A DNA stretch of 64,000 nucleotides, taken from positions 5,768,001 to 5,832,000 of the forward strand of contig CM075995.1 in assembly GCA_038087875.1 (NCBI GenBank). Direction: 5' to 3'. Position 1 is the stretch's first letter. Every line of letters starts with the position of its first letter. Shown piece by piece: positions 24,309 to 37,384 of this stretch. This DNA comes from Malacoraja senta (Eukaryota). The translations under genes and the position numbers were made by a program. Under the pieces are notes generated by a model. The model did not search any database. It had not been told where the DNA came from and was given only the letters and a program-made list of their open reading frames with translations.

Positions 24309-25036
24309 GTTGATCATACGCTGAATAATCCAACCACATTTTTGTTTGGAAGTGGAAAGAAATAATAGAAATTGCATTCATTGCAACGTGTAAAAAGAGT
24401 TGAGATACTGTATTATAATTTTGCTGCATGTCATTGTGGTATATATAATAATAATAATAATAATGGATTGGATTTATATAGCGCCTTTCTAATACCCAAG
24501 GCGCTTTACATCGCATTATTCATTCACTCCTCAGTCACACTCGGTGGTGGTGAGCTACTTCTGTAGCCACAGCTGCCCTGGGGCAGACTGACGGAAGCGT
24601 GGCTGCTAATCTGCGCCTACGGCCCCTCCGACCACCACCAATCACTCACACACATTCACACACATTCGCACGCAGGCAAAGGTGGGTGAAGTGTCTTGCC
24701 CAAGGACACAACGACAGTATGCACTCCAAGCGGGATTCGAACCGGCTACCTTCCGGTTGCCAGCCGAACACTTAGCCCATTGCGCCATCTGTCGTCCTAT
24801 ATCATGTCTTGATTGGTGAATATGTTCAGTTTGTGGCTTTATTTGAAGCAGAAATAATATGTGAGTGCTTCATTGAGCATAATTCCGACTTGGAACTACG
24901 CACTTCGTCCAAGCACATTATCGCATGCGCCATGCAAGCCGTCTTAAATGACCACCTAAACTGTAATTTGGCAACTTAAAAAGCCGGCAAGGTTGCCCGG
25001 CTGACAACAGAGAAAAAAAATTAAGTGAGAGCCCTG
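24309..25036 (-). mobile_element. Partial DNA-transposon-like repeat (CAGGGCTCTC terminus); a second copy lies at 50807-51358
   Basis: High identity in inverted orientation to 50807-51358. The CAGGG terminus is hAT-like. Confidence 0.7.
24447..24797 (-). mobile_element. tRNA-derived SINE with L2-type tail
   Basis: Minus strand has A-box tggcgcaatgg, B-box ggttcgaatcc, and tail gtaaagcgccttgg..aggcgctatataaat(tat)n. Absent from the paralogous site at ~51265-51280. Confidence 0.85.
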
Positions 25037-27228
25037 CGAGGTGTATAATATTTTTGACACTGTCATAGGCCTTTCTTACATATGCTGTCACAACGCACTG
25101 TAGTCTCTAAACAACTCTTCCGTAATTTTCCTTGCCCTCCATTTCAGAATAATAGTGTTGTAAGCCAATAACTCGACACTAGCACTGGCAATAAATAAAT
25201 AAATAAATAAATAAATAAAGCGCAGCTTTCCAGCCCCTTATCTCATTGGCCACACTCGGCTGCCAATCGGTGCAATCTGGTGAACCATCTTCCTCTAGTC
25301 GTGGGGGTGGGTGATTGGGGGGGGGCCTCACAAGTGGAACAGCTTAGGGCCTCTCTTCATCTAAATCCGGCCCTGATCACCAATGAGGTTGATGGTAGTT
25401 CAGGACTGCTCTCTAGTAGTGACAGGATGATTCAGTTGCCTGATAACAGCTGGGAAGAAACTGTCCCTGAATCTGGAGGTGTGCGTTTTCACACTCACTT
25501 ATGGCCAGGTCCTTACATGAGGAAACTAACAGATTTCAGTCAGACCAGTGTCAAGACGGAGATTTTCTGGCATCAGGTGATGTTGGGCTCAGTATGCATC
25601 CCTGGGAAGAGCCCATAGATCACAGATTTCTCTAATGCAGCTCCAGAAGGTGAAATTCAAAACAGGTGAGGGGGTGGGGAAGTGATTAGCGGATGGGTGG
25701 AGTAAGTGACACAGACTAGAGTTGAAAACATGAGCTCATCTGCCATTCCTGATCCCATATTTTCCCTTGCATTTCCCCTCCCCCTTTACATTCACTCTTC
25801 TTCTTTCCTTATCTGACACCCTTTTGACTCCTTTTCACCTCTAACCTTTCTCACCATTCCCACCCAGTTCCCAATCACCCATCCCCACCTGCATCCACCT
25901 ATCATTTACCAAGCTTTGCCCCACTCCCACCTCTCTTTTTCAGCATCCTGCCCCTTACTTCATCAGTCTGAAGAAGGGTCCTGACCAGAAACATTGCCTG
26001 TCCTTTCCCTCCATTGATGCTGCCTTACCCGCTGAGTTCCTCCAGCACATTGTGTTTTGCTCAAGATTCCAGCATCTTCAGTTTCTTGTCCCTCCATAGT
26101 AAATTGTTCATTTTATTCTCCTCTCTTTCTGTGTTGAAAGCAGCAATCAAAACATTCTACTACTTGCTCTTGCCCTCTTGATTTTACGATCTTATTCTTT
26201 AGTGTATACTAATGTGCTTTAGTGAGAAAAATTGCATTACCTCACAAATGAAATTATGCAATGCAAATAACACGTAAACAACTTATTTTTAACATTTAAT
26301 TATCAGATACTTTCAATTAAGTTAGTTTGTATAAAGGATTAGGCCATAATTTGAACTGGTATTTAACTCATTTTGTTAGCAAGGCCTTGCTAAGTTTACT
26401 TCTAAAATATCTTTCACTTGAATCTTTTATAATAGAGTGTAGAGTATTAAAATGCAATTTGCTTCACAGGTAATTCTTACAAACTCAGTTCAAAATCATT
26501 GACTAATTGGTTTATCATGGGCTGTCAGAATGGCATATTCAAATACTGCTCTCACCACATTTCCTTTTTCAGGTCAACACAGCCCGTTAGGAACCTTGGC
26601 ACCATCCTCCTGGAATTTAGCCAGGTCCTAGGCACAGTTCCAACAAGAAAAGTCAGATCCACTGCCAGACATTCAGTGACATATGTAGTTCAGAGGGACC
26701 TTACACAACCAAGTATGACTTCTGCACATTAACTGTCAGCAGGCAACTTTTTGAGATCTATAAGGAACCAAGAAGCTGAAAAAAAAGCAGAATAAATCCA
26801 ATTGGCATTGAGCTATTAGGCTCTTGACAAAAACAACATTAGGTGCACTCTGTGAACATAGAAGAAAGAAAGAAACAGGCATCTAAAGTTCTATTTTTCA
26901 AGAGCTCCATCGCCCTATGATTCTGATCCTGTAAAGTTCATGTGCAAGACAAGTAATCTACTCAAGCATCAAATGTGGCTTGCAGTCTTTGATGAGTTTG
27001 TCAATGAATCTTCATGGTCTGATAGATTGAAAGGAGAATTTACTACTTACTGTGCAGTCATTCTGAAGGAATCCATTTAATTCCTTGTTAAGTGAATTGT
27101 TTCAGTGTTAGGAATATATATTTTTAATCAGGAGGCACACATTTAGCAAGTGGGAGTTAGACCCACTGTAATTATCTATTCTGATATTGAGCAATATTAC
27201 GGTAGTCAGGACAACTTAATTAATGATG

Positions 27229-27355
27229 TTGAAACAGACACTGGTTTACAATTGAAGACAATTCTTCAGCAGGGTCCCGATCCGAAACATCACCTATCCA
27301 TGTTCTCCAGAAATGCTACCTGACCTACTGAGTTACTTCAGCACTTTGTGCCTTC
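27229..27355. mobile_element. PLE-derived mini-element
   Basis: TSD cttaattaatgatg at 27215-27228 and 27356-27369. Confidence 0.75.
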
Positions 27356-30300
27356 CTTAATTAATGATGGCAGGCTCTTAGCTGGAATTCCAGTTCTAAT
27401 GGAAAGCCAACCTTGAGAGTGAAAGAACAGTTATTATCAAATTGGTTGACAATGTTCAGAGCAGCTGAAGTGGATGCAATTAAAGACAAATAGACCGTGG
27501 TAGTATTTCATAGTAAACAATCGTTTCCATTGACCATTTCTGAATGGAAATTTGTCATAAAACAATTGATTAATATGGGTGTCAGAGGTTGTATGGAGAA
27601 GGCAGGAGAATGGGGTTAGGAGGGAGAGATTGATCAATCATGATTGAATGGCGGAGTAGACTTGATGGACCAAATGGTCTAATTCTACTCCTATTCCTTA
27701 CGACCTTATTACAATAAGTTCCAAATCCCCATCATTTATGTAGCCTAGCACATACCCGCTGTTGTTAGAGTAAACATATCAAATTCTTCGTCACCTCCAA
27801 TTCTCAGTCCAAGAAGTAGTTAGAAAGGATAAGAAAAATGGCTGCTGAATTTACTGATCTGAAAATTTTTAAAATTTGTTTTTTTAGTTCAGAGATACAG
27901 CGTGGAAACAGGCCTTTCGGCCCATCGTGTCAGAGCTGACCAATGATCACCCGTACACTAGTTCTATTCTACACACTAGGGACAATTTAACAAAGCCAAT
28001 TAACCCACAAACCTGCACATCTTGAGGATGTGAGGGGAAACCAGAGCACCAGGAGAAAACACATGCAGTCACAGGGGGGGCATGCAAACTCTGTAAAGAT
28101 AGCACCTCTAGGCAGGGATCCTGGAAAAACTCTGCAGGTCAAACAACATCTGCAGAATGAGAAACTGGTTTTGTTTCAAATCTGGGATGCTTTATCAGAA
28201 AAGGGAAAATGGGAAATGTTAATTTTCGGGAGCAGAATAGGTAGGATAGGGATGGGCAGAACAAAAGTAATATCTCTGACAGGGTGAGACCTGATGACTT
28301 GGTCTCCCTGCTATAGGAAAAGTGTCATTAAACTCTAAAGTGTACATTTATGAGGATGTTGCCAGACTCAAGAACCTGAGCTATTTGGAGAAATTGGGCA
28401 GGCGAGTTTATTCTGTGGAGCACAGGGTACTGAGGGGTGAATTTTTTGTGGGTGTCTAAAATTCTGAGGAGAATAGATCGTGTGAATTCACTGAATCTCT
28501 TGCCTAGGATAGAAGAAATCAAGAACTAGAGGACATAGAGTTAAGGTGAGAGGGAAAGATTTAATAGGAACCCGAAGGGCAACTTTTTGACACACAGTAT
28601 GGTGGGTGTACCGAAGAAGTTGTCAGAGGAAGTAGCTGAGGCAGGTACAATAACACATGAAAAGATGTTTATACAGGTACACAGACAAGAAAGGTTTAGA
28701 TGTATATGGGCCAGGAATGAACAAAATAGACCAGCTTGGATGGGGCACCTTCGTCAGCATGGATATACTGTATTGGGTCAAAGGGTCTGCTTCTGTTTTG
28801 TATGACTCTATGTTTTAAGATGGTAGTTAACAAACAGTTAAAATCAGATTAAACTTTTTTTGCTGCTATTTGTAAAACGGTGGTACATGCCCAGGAGGAC
28901 AGATTATACGAAAAAAATAAAATAAAAATGAGCCAAAATTATGATAGGAAGAAATGGACAATTCTGCCTGCATGTATTTTGACCATACCCTTCCTAGTAC
29001 AGTATTTCAAAAAATTAGTATAATTCCAACAGAAAATCCTGGTCATTGAGTTGACTGTGTAATTTTAGCAAAAGTTCCAAATTGGGTATTTATGTTCTTA
29101 GACCAAATAATCCTTATATCTGACCTAATCATCCATACATTTTCAGTTCAACTTCCATTAACTATGTTTGGTAACTTCGGATTCCAACTGAAAGTGATAA
29201 TGAAAAAGTCCAAGTGAAAGTGAAATTAAAGTTGTAGCGCAGTCCTAAAAATAAGCGAACTAACTAATAGTAAATAACCTAATGTCCTTGCCTTGTTCGG
29301 CCTGGTTGTGACTTTAATCCCATAACAGTATAATTGACATAACTTCAAGTATAGTCATTTTGCCAGGCACGCAGTTGTGCTATTTGTGTTAAGAATGACC
29401 AACATCAAACCTCAGCAGACAGATGGGAATCGACACTAAATGTTGGCCAGGGTAATAATCTCCTCACATTCTAAGAATAATCCAATGTGTATTTGCTATT
29501 GAGCTTGTTTTTGGCAATAATTGATGCTTCTTGAGATAGGAGATGTATCGGTTCCACAGTGGAGTCTAACTGGATATGGAAGAAAAAATCCCGGGGTAAT
29601 AGATATCATGAAGAATATAAACACTCCCACTCACCCTGTAGGAACAGTAACATTTTAACAGCTGGGACAAAACCTGTGTGTGTGTGACAGTTCCGACAGT
29701 TAATCATTACACAAACTGGAAATTGTGTTTCTGCTTTGAACTCACTTTCAGGTGCTACTTATAATGTATAATTCAGCAGATGGTGAATAAAAACTTCAAA
29801 ATGGCTTTCTGAAGACTGACTATCACTTTCTTGGATGAGAACGTTTTCCAACACTGTTTAAAGATGAAAGTAATGCCACATGATGCAATTGCTGGGAAAT
29901 ATGAAAGGAATGTTGAAAGACTGCAGTACAGAAAAATATTTCGCTGACATTCATCATATTTTAAAATTTACATCTGTTTTCATTTCTTGTCAACATTTTC
30001 CATAATAAATTGTTCTATCGTTTATTCCGACATCTATACTACATACTAATAGGACTTGATGTTTCAATCCCTGTAGTAAGTCGGCACTCTTGATATTGGC
30101 AATGGGATTGGAGTGGTGAAAGGTAGGATAGGTACGTCACCGGGGTCCACCAGCGTTAGTGGAGAGGTCGGTGGGGCGGCCGACGGACGAGGACGGACCA
30201 TGTGTAAGTGAGGACGTCGCTGGCGAGGGAAGGAACAATGGAGGACCCGGCATTGGGGGACCGCCGTGTGGGAGGGGGAAGATCAACGAGGACCCGGCCT

Positions 30301-30360
30301 GGGGGGACCGCCCTGAGGGGGGTGGTAGAACAATGAACAGTGGAGGACCCGGCATGGGGG

Positions 30361-30640
30361 GCCATTTAGAACGGAGATAGGAAACACTTTTTCTCACAGA
30401 GAGTGGTGAGTCTGTGGAATTCTCTGCCTCAGAGGGCGGTGGAGGCAGGTTCTCTGGATGCTTTCAAGAGCGAGCTAGATAGGGCTCTTAAAAATAGCGG
30501 AGTCAGGGGATATGGGGAGAAGGCAGGAACGGGGTACTGATTGGGGATGATCAGCCATGATCACATTGATAAATGGTGCTGGCTCGAAGGGCCGAATGGT
30601 CTACTCCTGCACCTATTGTCTATTGTCTATTGTCTATTGA
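30361..30640 (+). mobile_element. CR1 3' end inserted in a GC-rich tandemly repetitive element (~30140-30800)
   Basis: CR1 ORF2 end and (tattgtc)n tail. The flanking ggaggacccggc..gggggaccgc repeats resume after the tail. Confidence 0.8.
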
Positions 30641-30809
30641 CCGCTGTGAGGGAGGACGGAGGGGAGGAATAACAAAGGGAGAACTTTGTAATCTAACTTT
30701 GTAAGTGCCCTTTATGGGCGACTATTTGCATACCTTGGCAAGATAAGCAAGCAAAGAATTTCACTGTGACTTGTTACATGTGACAATAAAGTATTCTATG
30801 CTATAAATC

Positions 30810-31135
30810 GGGCAGCCACAGTGGCGCGGCGGTAGAGTTACTGCCTTACAGCGCTAGCAGCGCCAGGGACCCAGGTTCGATCCTGGCTGCGGGGGCTGTC
30901 TTTACGGAGTTTGTACGTTCTCCCCATGACCTCGTGGGTTTTCTCCGAGATCTTCCATTTCCTCCCACATTCCAAAGACTTACAGGTTTGTCAGTTAATT
31001 GGCTTGGTGTATGTGTAAATTGGCCCTAGTGGGTGTAGGATAGTGTTAGTGTGTGGGGATTGCTGGTCGTGTGCGGACTTGGTGGGCCGAAGGGCCTGTT
31101 TCCGCGCTGTATCTCTGAACTAAAATAAACTAAAT
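30810..31135 (+). mobile_element. V-SINE (HE1-like)
   Basis: Head gggcagccacagtggcgcggcggtagag, B-box ggttcgatcc, aactaa tail. Confidence 0.8.
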
Positions 31136-31627
31136 TAAATATATTGCTACCAGTGGTAAAAATATATAATACTAGACTAAGTGGGACCCGTTGGATCCCA
31201 GCATCACACGGGAGGGCTGGTCCCCCAACGCAATATTTCACCTCTCCACCAATTCCAATATTGGTGGCCAGTGGGGGGGGCTTTCTGGAGCGCTAGTATG
31301 GGTGTTGTGCATTGAGGGGACTGGTTTCCAGAGGGCTAGTAGGGACATTGTGGGCCGAATGGATTCTTGGGCTGGCGGCTCAGTCACTCAAGCCTGTTGT
31401 GCTGGCAGCTCACTCACTCACGGCTGGTGGGCTCGCAGTTGACTCACAGCCATTCCTTGAAATTCCATTTCACGCAGGGTGCAAGGGCACCAAATTCAAG
31501 TGCAGTTTCATACCATTTCAAGCAGGGTGCAAGGCCACTAAAGACAGCGAGTTATGACCTCTCCCTCTCCCATCTTGCTGAGACTGAACCACGCCCACAC
31601 TTCCCTGCTTCATCATCCCTGCTTCAT

Positions 31628-32003
31628 CCCTACGCTCCTGCTTGGTGCCTCACGCCAGCTGATCAGCTGCTCCTGGAGGTACCGAGGTTTAAGCGGAAGC
31701 TCAGAGGGGATAGAGCCTTCTCTGTTGTTGCTCCGACATTATGGAACTCTCTACCTTTGAACATTAGACAGGCCACTTCAGTGTCCATTTTCAAAACTAG
31801 CCTTAAAACCCTTTTCTAATCCTTGGCTTTTGACCCTACATGAGACTTTGCTCCTGTTTTAGTGTTTTTTATTGTGTTTACTGTCTTTTAATGTTTTTGT
31901 TGTTTTGTTTTATGTTTGTGATTGGTCATGTACAGCACTTTGTTGCAACGGTGGTTGTTTTTAAAGTGCTCTATAAATAAAGTTATTATTATATTATTAT
32001 TAT
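31628..32003 (+). mobile_element. L2-clade LINE 3' end inside the Helitron
   Basis: ADQLLLEVPRFKRKLRGDRAFSVVAPTLWNSLPLNIRQATSVSIFKTSLKTLF, then a gtgctctataaataaagttattattat tail. Confidence 0.85.
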
Positions 32004-32355
32004 TCCAGCTTTTATAGTCCCTTCCCCCCCTCCCACCAGAAGGGGCGTGGCCTTCATGAGATGATTAACAGGAGAGAGAATCTCAACATTTTTTAAACAC
32101 TAATAACTCTTTTATTATTCATCAAGGGGAAAAATCCTCAGCACCTGATGAGCGGAGGGGTACTCTGAGTAAGACGGCCAAAAATCCCAGCCGTACGTGG
32201 TAGCGTTTTTACTAAAATCAATATAAAGTGCAAACAGGAAGTGGTCAAGATTAGACTTTTAATTATATAGAAGGCAAGGCAGCTCTAATTAGGCAAGGCA
32301 GCTCTAATTAGGCGGCTGCTCTAATTAGGCAAGGCAACTCTAATTAGGCAAGGCA

Positions 32356-32560
32356 GCTTGCTTTAGCACTTTCAAAACCAAAGGCAACACAGCTTGCTTT
32401 AGCACTTTCAAAACCAAAGGCAACACAGCTTGCTTTAGCACTTTCAAAACCAAAGGCAACACAGCTTGCTTTAGCACTTTCAAAACCAAAGGCAACACAG
32501 CTTGCTCTAGCACTTTCAAAACCAAAGGCAACACAGCTTTAGCACTTTCAAACCAAAACG
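32356..32560. repeat. 36-bp minisatellite (gcttgctttagcactttcaaaaccaaaggcaacaca, about 5.5 copies), preceded by aggcagctctaatt repeats
   Basis: Near-identical direct tandem units. Confidence 0.95.
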
Positions 32561-34090
32561 CACTTTTGCATTTTCAAACTAGATTTTCAAACCACATTAA
32601 GGGCACTGACAGGTCAGTAAAACCACTCACAGTTTAGTAGACATGTGTTCAGTGTTATTCACAGCTCAGACTGAGAATTGCGACCTCTCGCTCCCCCATC
32701 TTGCAGAGAATTGAGGCACCTCCACACTTCCGGGTTTTATAGTCCCTCCGGAAGGGGCGTGGCCTTTATGAGAGAGAATCTCAACATTTTTTAAACACTA
32801 ATAACTCTTTTATTTTTCATCGATGGGAAAAATGCTCTTGTCCTGCGCAGCGGAGGGAGACTCTGAGTAAGATGGCCAAAAATCACAGCCGTAAGTGGCA
32901 GCGTTTTTCTAAAATCAAAATACAGAACACCAGGAAGTGGTCAAGATCAGACTTTTAGTAATATAGATGTCAAGAGATTAAAAAATCAAGTGTGTTTAAT
33001 TGTCATATGTACCAAAACTCAGCGGGTGAGGCAGCATCTATGGAGCGAAGGAAATAGGCAACGTTTCAGGTCAAAACCCTTCATTTTCTTAATGTTGTTT
33101 GAACAGTGTAACACATCATGAATCCAGTCATTTATCTGGAAGTTTGGAAACAATGAAGATGGGATGAGTAGTTTAATTAGTAATTCCGTTTTTGTTTTAA
33201 CATTATTATTTTATGTATTGTTTTGGGCTATACGGTGTGTGTGTAATAAAGTTACTTGAAATGACTTGAAAAATATTTTCACATGAGCTATAATAATGTA
33301 AAGAAAGCAGTGACAGGAGTAGGCCTCCAGGCTCTTTTCCCTGCACAATCTATATATTCCATAAGAGAGAGTCATAGATTTGCATTGAACCATTCAAAAT
33401 GGAAACAGGCCCTTCGGCCCAACATGCCCATGCCGACCAAGATGCCCCATCTATGATAGCCCCACCTGTCTGAGTTTAGCCCATTTTCCTCCAAACATTT
33501 CCTGTTCATTAATTTGATTAATAAGCAAAAAACGATCAATCTCATTTTCGAATGGACTCAATAACTGAGGCACCACAGCCTTCTATGGTAGAGAACCCCA
33601 AAAATGTATGGGCTACTCGATGAAGACATTTCTAATTTCAGTCCTAAATAGTTTATCCTTCACTCTGAGATTATGACCCCTAGTTCTACAATCCACATTC
33701 AGGGAAATCAGTCTTCCTGCATTTAGCCTGGCAAGACCTATAAGAATTCTATATTATCAATGAGATTGCTTCTCATTCTTCTAAATACTGAACAGTACAG
33801 TCCCATTCTAATCAGTCTCTCCTCATAAAACAAACCCAACGCCATGTGAATCTTTGCTGCTCTCTTTTAATGGCAAGTTCACCATTTTTTTTTGGGATGG
33901 GGAACAAAACTGTAGGTTAATGTACCAGGTGCAGTGTTACAAAGGCCCTGTATAATTGTAGAGCGATATCTGTACCTGTGTGTGCAAATCCTGTCATAAA
34001 GGTCAACAAACCATTTGCTATCTTATTATCATTGTCAAAAATTACTGAGACAATCAAAATGCTTTATATAGAGCACAGAAATAAACCCTT

Positions 34091-36285
34091 CAATAGACAA
34101 TAAGTGCAGGAGTAGGCCATTCAGCCCTTTGAGCCAGCATTCAATGTGATCACATTTAATGTCTGTATACATTTCCTGCCTTCTCCCCATATCCCCTGAC
34201 TCTGCTATCTTTAAGAGCCCTATCTAGCTCTCTCTTGAAAGTATCCAGAGAACTGGCCTCCACCGCCCTCTGAGGCAGAGAATTCCACAGACTCACAACT
34301 CTCTGTGTGAAAAAGCGTTTCCTCGTCTCCGTTCTAAATGGCTTACTCCTTATTCTTAAACTGTGGCCCCTGGTTCTGGACTCCCCCAACATCGGGAACA
34401 TGTTTCCTGCCCCTAGCATGTCCAAACCCTTAATAATCTAATATGTTTCAATAAGATATGTCTCCTCCTTCTAAATTCCACAGTATACAAGCCCAGCCGC
34501 TCCATTCTCTCAGCATATCCCGCCATCCCGGGAATTAACCATGTAAACCTACGCTGCACTCCCTCAATAGCAAGAATGTCCTTCCTCAAATTAGGGGACC
34601 AAAACTGCACATAATACTCCAGGTATGGTCTCACTAGGGCCCTGTACAACAACAGAAGGACCTCCTTGCTCCTATACTTAACTCCTCTTGTTATGACGGC
34701 CAACATCCCATTCGCTTTCTTCACTGCCTGCTGTACCTGCATGCTTACTTTCATTGACTGATGAACAATGACCCCCAGATCCCGTTGTACTTCCCCTTTT
34801 TCCAACTTGACACCATTTAGATAATAATCTGCCTTCCAGATTTTGCTACCAAAGTGGATAACCTCACATTTATCCACATTAAACTGCATCTGCCATGCAT
34901 CTGCCCAACCTGTCCAAGTCACCCTGCATTCTCATAGCATCCTCCTCACAGTTCACATTGCCACCCAGCTTTGTGTCATCTGCAAATTTGCTAATGTTAC
35001 TTTGAATCCCTTCATCTAAATCATTGATGTATATTGTAAATAGCTGCGGTCCCAGCACCGAGCCTTGTGGTAGGTAACCCACTAGTCACTGCCTGCCATT
35101 CTGAAACGGACCCGTTAACCCCTACACTTTGTTTCCTGTCACCCAACCAATTTTCTATCCATGTCAGCACTCCACCCCCAATACCATGTGCCCTAATTTT
35201 GCCCACTAATCTCTTATGTGGGACCTTATCAAATGCTTTCTGAAAGTCCAGGTACACTACATCCACTGGCTCTCCCTTGTCCATTTTCCTAGTTACATCC
35301 TCAAAAAATTCCAGAAGATTAGTCAAGCGTGATTTCCCCTTCGTAAATCCATGCTGACTCGGACCAATCCTGTTACTGCAATCCAAATGTGCTGCTATTT
35401 CATCTTTTATGATTGACCAGCATCTTCCAAACCACCGATGTCAGGCTAACTGCTCTATAATTCCCTGTTTTCTCTCTCCCGCCTTTCTTAAAAAGTGGGA
35501 TAACATTAGCTACCCTCCAATCCACAGGAACTGATCCTAATTCTATAGAACATTGGAAAATGATCACCAATGCATCCACAATTTCTAGAGACATTTCCTT
35601 AAGTACCCTGGGATGCAGACCATCAGGCCCTGGTGATTTATCAGCCTTCAGTCCCATCAGTCTACCCAACACAATTTTCTGCCTAATGTGGAATTCCTTC
35701 AGTTCCTCTGTCACCCCAGATCCTCTGGCCACTAGTACATCAGGAAGATTGTTTGTGTCCTCCTTAGTGAAGACAGATCCAAAGTGCCTGTTCAACTCAT
35801 CTGCCATTTCCTTGTTCCCCATAATAAATTCACCCTTTTCAGTCTTCAAGGGTCCAACTTTGCTCTTAACTAATTTTTTCCTCTTCACATACCTAAAGAA
35901 GCTTTTACTATCCTTTATATTCTTGGCTAGCTTACCTTCGTACCTCATCTTTTCTCCCCGTATTGTCTTTTTAGTTATCTTCTGTTGCTCTTTAAACATT
36001 TCCCAATCCTCGTGCTTCCTGCTCATCTTTGCTACGTTGTACCTCTCTTTTAGTTTTATACTGTCCCTGACTTCCCTTGTCAGTCACGATCACACCTTAC
36101 TCCCCTTGGAATCTTTCTTCCTCTTTGGAAGGAACTGATTCTGCACCTTCTGTATTATTCCCATTAATACCTGCCATTGTTGTTCAACTGACATCCCTGC
36201 TAGGGTATCTTTCCAGTCAACTTTGGCCAGCTCCTCCCTCATGGCTCCATAGTCCCCTTTGTTCAACTGTAACACTGACACCTCC
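34091..36285 (-). mobile_element. CR1 LINE, 5'-truncated, frameshifted ORF2 (reverse transcriptase)
   Basis: Colinear ORF pieces 36090-36281, 35400-36026, 35021-35386, 34879-35082 (FADD), 34413-34922 and 34156-34425. Confidence 0.92.
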
Positions 36286-37222
36286 GATCATGGGCGGGTG
36301 GAGGACTTGAGAGGTGGAGGACAATCCCGCCCATGATTTGTAATCCGGATTTAGAAATTCGGTGAAAAAAAATCGATTAAAATCTCCACTTTCTGCAGTG
36401 GGGGTGTCACTGTTAAGCGCTTGTTAAATGTCTCCATTAACATCATATTAACACGATGTGTCACCAATTGTGTTTGACCTTCAAGTATTACTGAAGGTAT
36501 TCACGGAGAATTTCTTAAAGCTGTCTGATGCGGGTACAATTACCATTTGAACTAATTGGATGTATTGGTGGATGGGAAAGATTTAAACAGGTATCAGATT
36601 TAAACGGGTCAGGTCATTAAGGGCTCCGGTCGAACGGGTTTCCTGGCTGGCTTGCAGGTAAGTCCCTCATTCACGGTCGTTATTCAGTATTTTTTTCCCC
36701 ATCTCTCTCTCCCCCCTCCAAGGTTGACTCTTCTGCCTTTATTTCCTTCAGTTTTATTTGTTTGTGTTATTTATCACATTGTTGCTTTTGAAAGATTCAA
36801 GTGGGTATCAGACCCTTTCTAAGGGCTGCATCGACCCGTTCGCAGGGCCTTTCATCGATCACGGCAGCGCTGGAGAGCCGGCCGTGATTTCAGCTTAAAA
36901 TCAAACTCCTGCATCGAGGCAATCGAGGCGGCCGATTTTAAGCCGCGCCGGGCGATGAAAGGCCTCATGAATTGGCCGATTCAAGCCCCACGATTCGGGG
37001 CGGGCGAAGTTGCTGTTGCGGGAGTTCGGAGTCGGTCACCAACCAGGTCAGCTCCCGATGTTACCATCCACAGGGCCCATGGCTGAAGCCTCCAAAGCCT
37101 TGTGTGTGTGTGTGTGTGTGTGTGTGTTCGCGCGCATGAATGCGCGTGCGTGTGTGCACGCATGCGCGTGCATATCAAGAAATTGTGTCCCCCCCATGTT
37201 TTGATAGCGATTTCCACCCCTG
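36286..37222 (-). mobile_element. Partial hAT-like element related to the MITE at 37385
   Basis: Terminus (reverse complement) caggggtggaaatcgctatcaaaacatgg resembles cagtgacgaaaatcgctatcaaaatatgg. Shared internal motif at 36864 and 37584. Confidence 0.6.
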
Positions 37223-37384
37223 CCTCTGATTTACCCTTCTCCCTCTCAAATTATAGATTAAAACTTACCATATTATGGTCACTACCTCCCAATGGCTCCT
37301 TAACCTCAAGGATAACCTTCGGCCCAATTTGTCCTTGCCGAACCAAGATGCTCCAGCTAAACTAGTCTCATTTGTCCTCATTTG

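Larger units (their letters stand above)
22023..25375. mobile_element. Non-autonomous hAT transposon carrying nested insertions
   Basis: TIR cagggccggattta / taaatccggccctg. Exact 8-bp TSD atcaccaa at 22015-22022 and 25376-25383. Confidence 0.9.
31172..32967 (-). mobile_element. Non-autonomous Helitron
   Basis: Minus strand starts A|TCTATATTACTAAAA and ends ..GTCTAG|T. Subterminal hairpin tgggacccgttggatccca at 31182-31200. AT target with no TSD. Confidence 0.8.

Noticed and set aside
24720..24797. tRNA gene
   Set aside because: The A/B boxes belong to a SINE head that continues into a SINE body and L2 tail.
26574..26732. Possible plus-strand exon after a ttcctttttcag acceptor
   Set aside because: No recognisable protein in any frame and no partner exons.
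29780..29947. Frame with a single in-frame TGA (possible selenoprotein exon)
   Set aside because: No homology, no SECIS recognised, and consistent with chance.
32340..32534. Repeating peptide ORF (AVLPLVLKVLKQ)n, or a CRISPR-like 36-bp repeat
   Set aside because: The units are contiguous with no unique spacers. It is a minisatellite inside a Helitron in eukaryotic DNA.
35560..36138. 192-aa plus-strand ORF, and similar antisense ORFs at 13606, 45095 and 49226
   Set aside because: Antisense shadows of CR1 or Penelope coding sequence.
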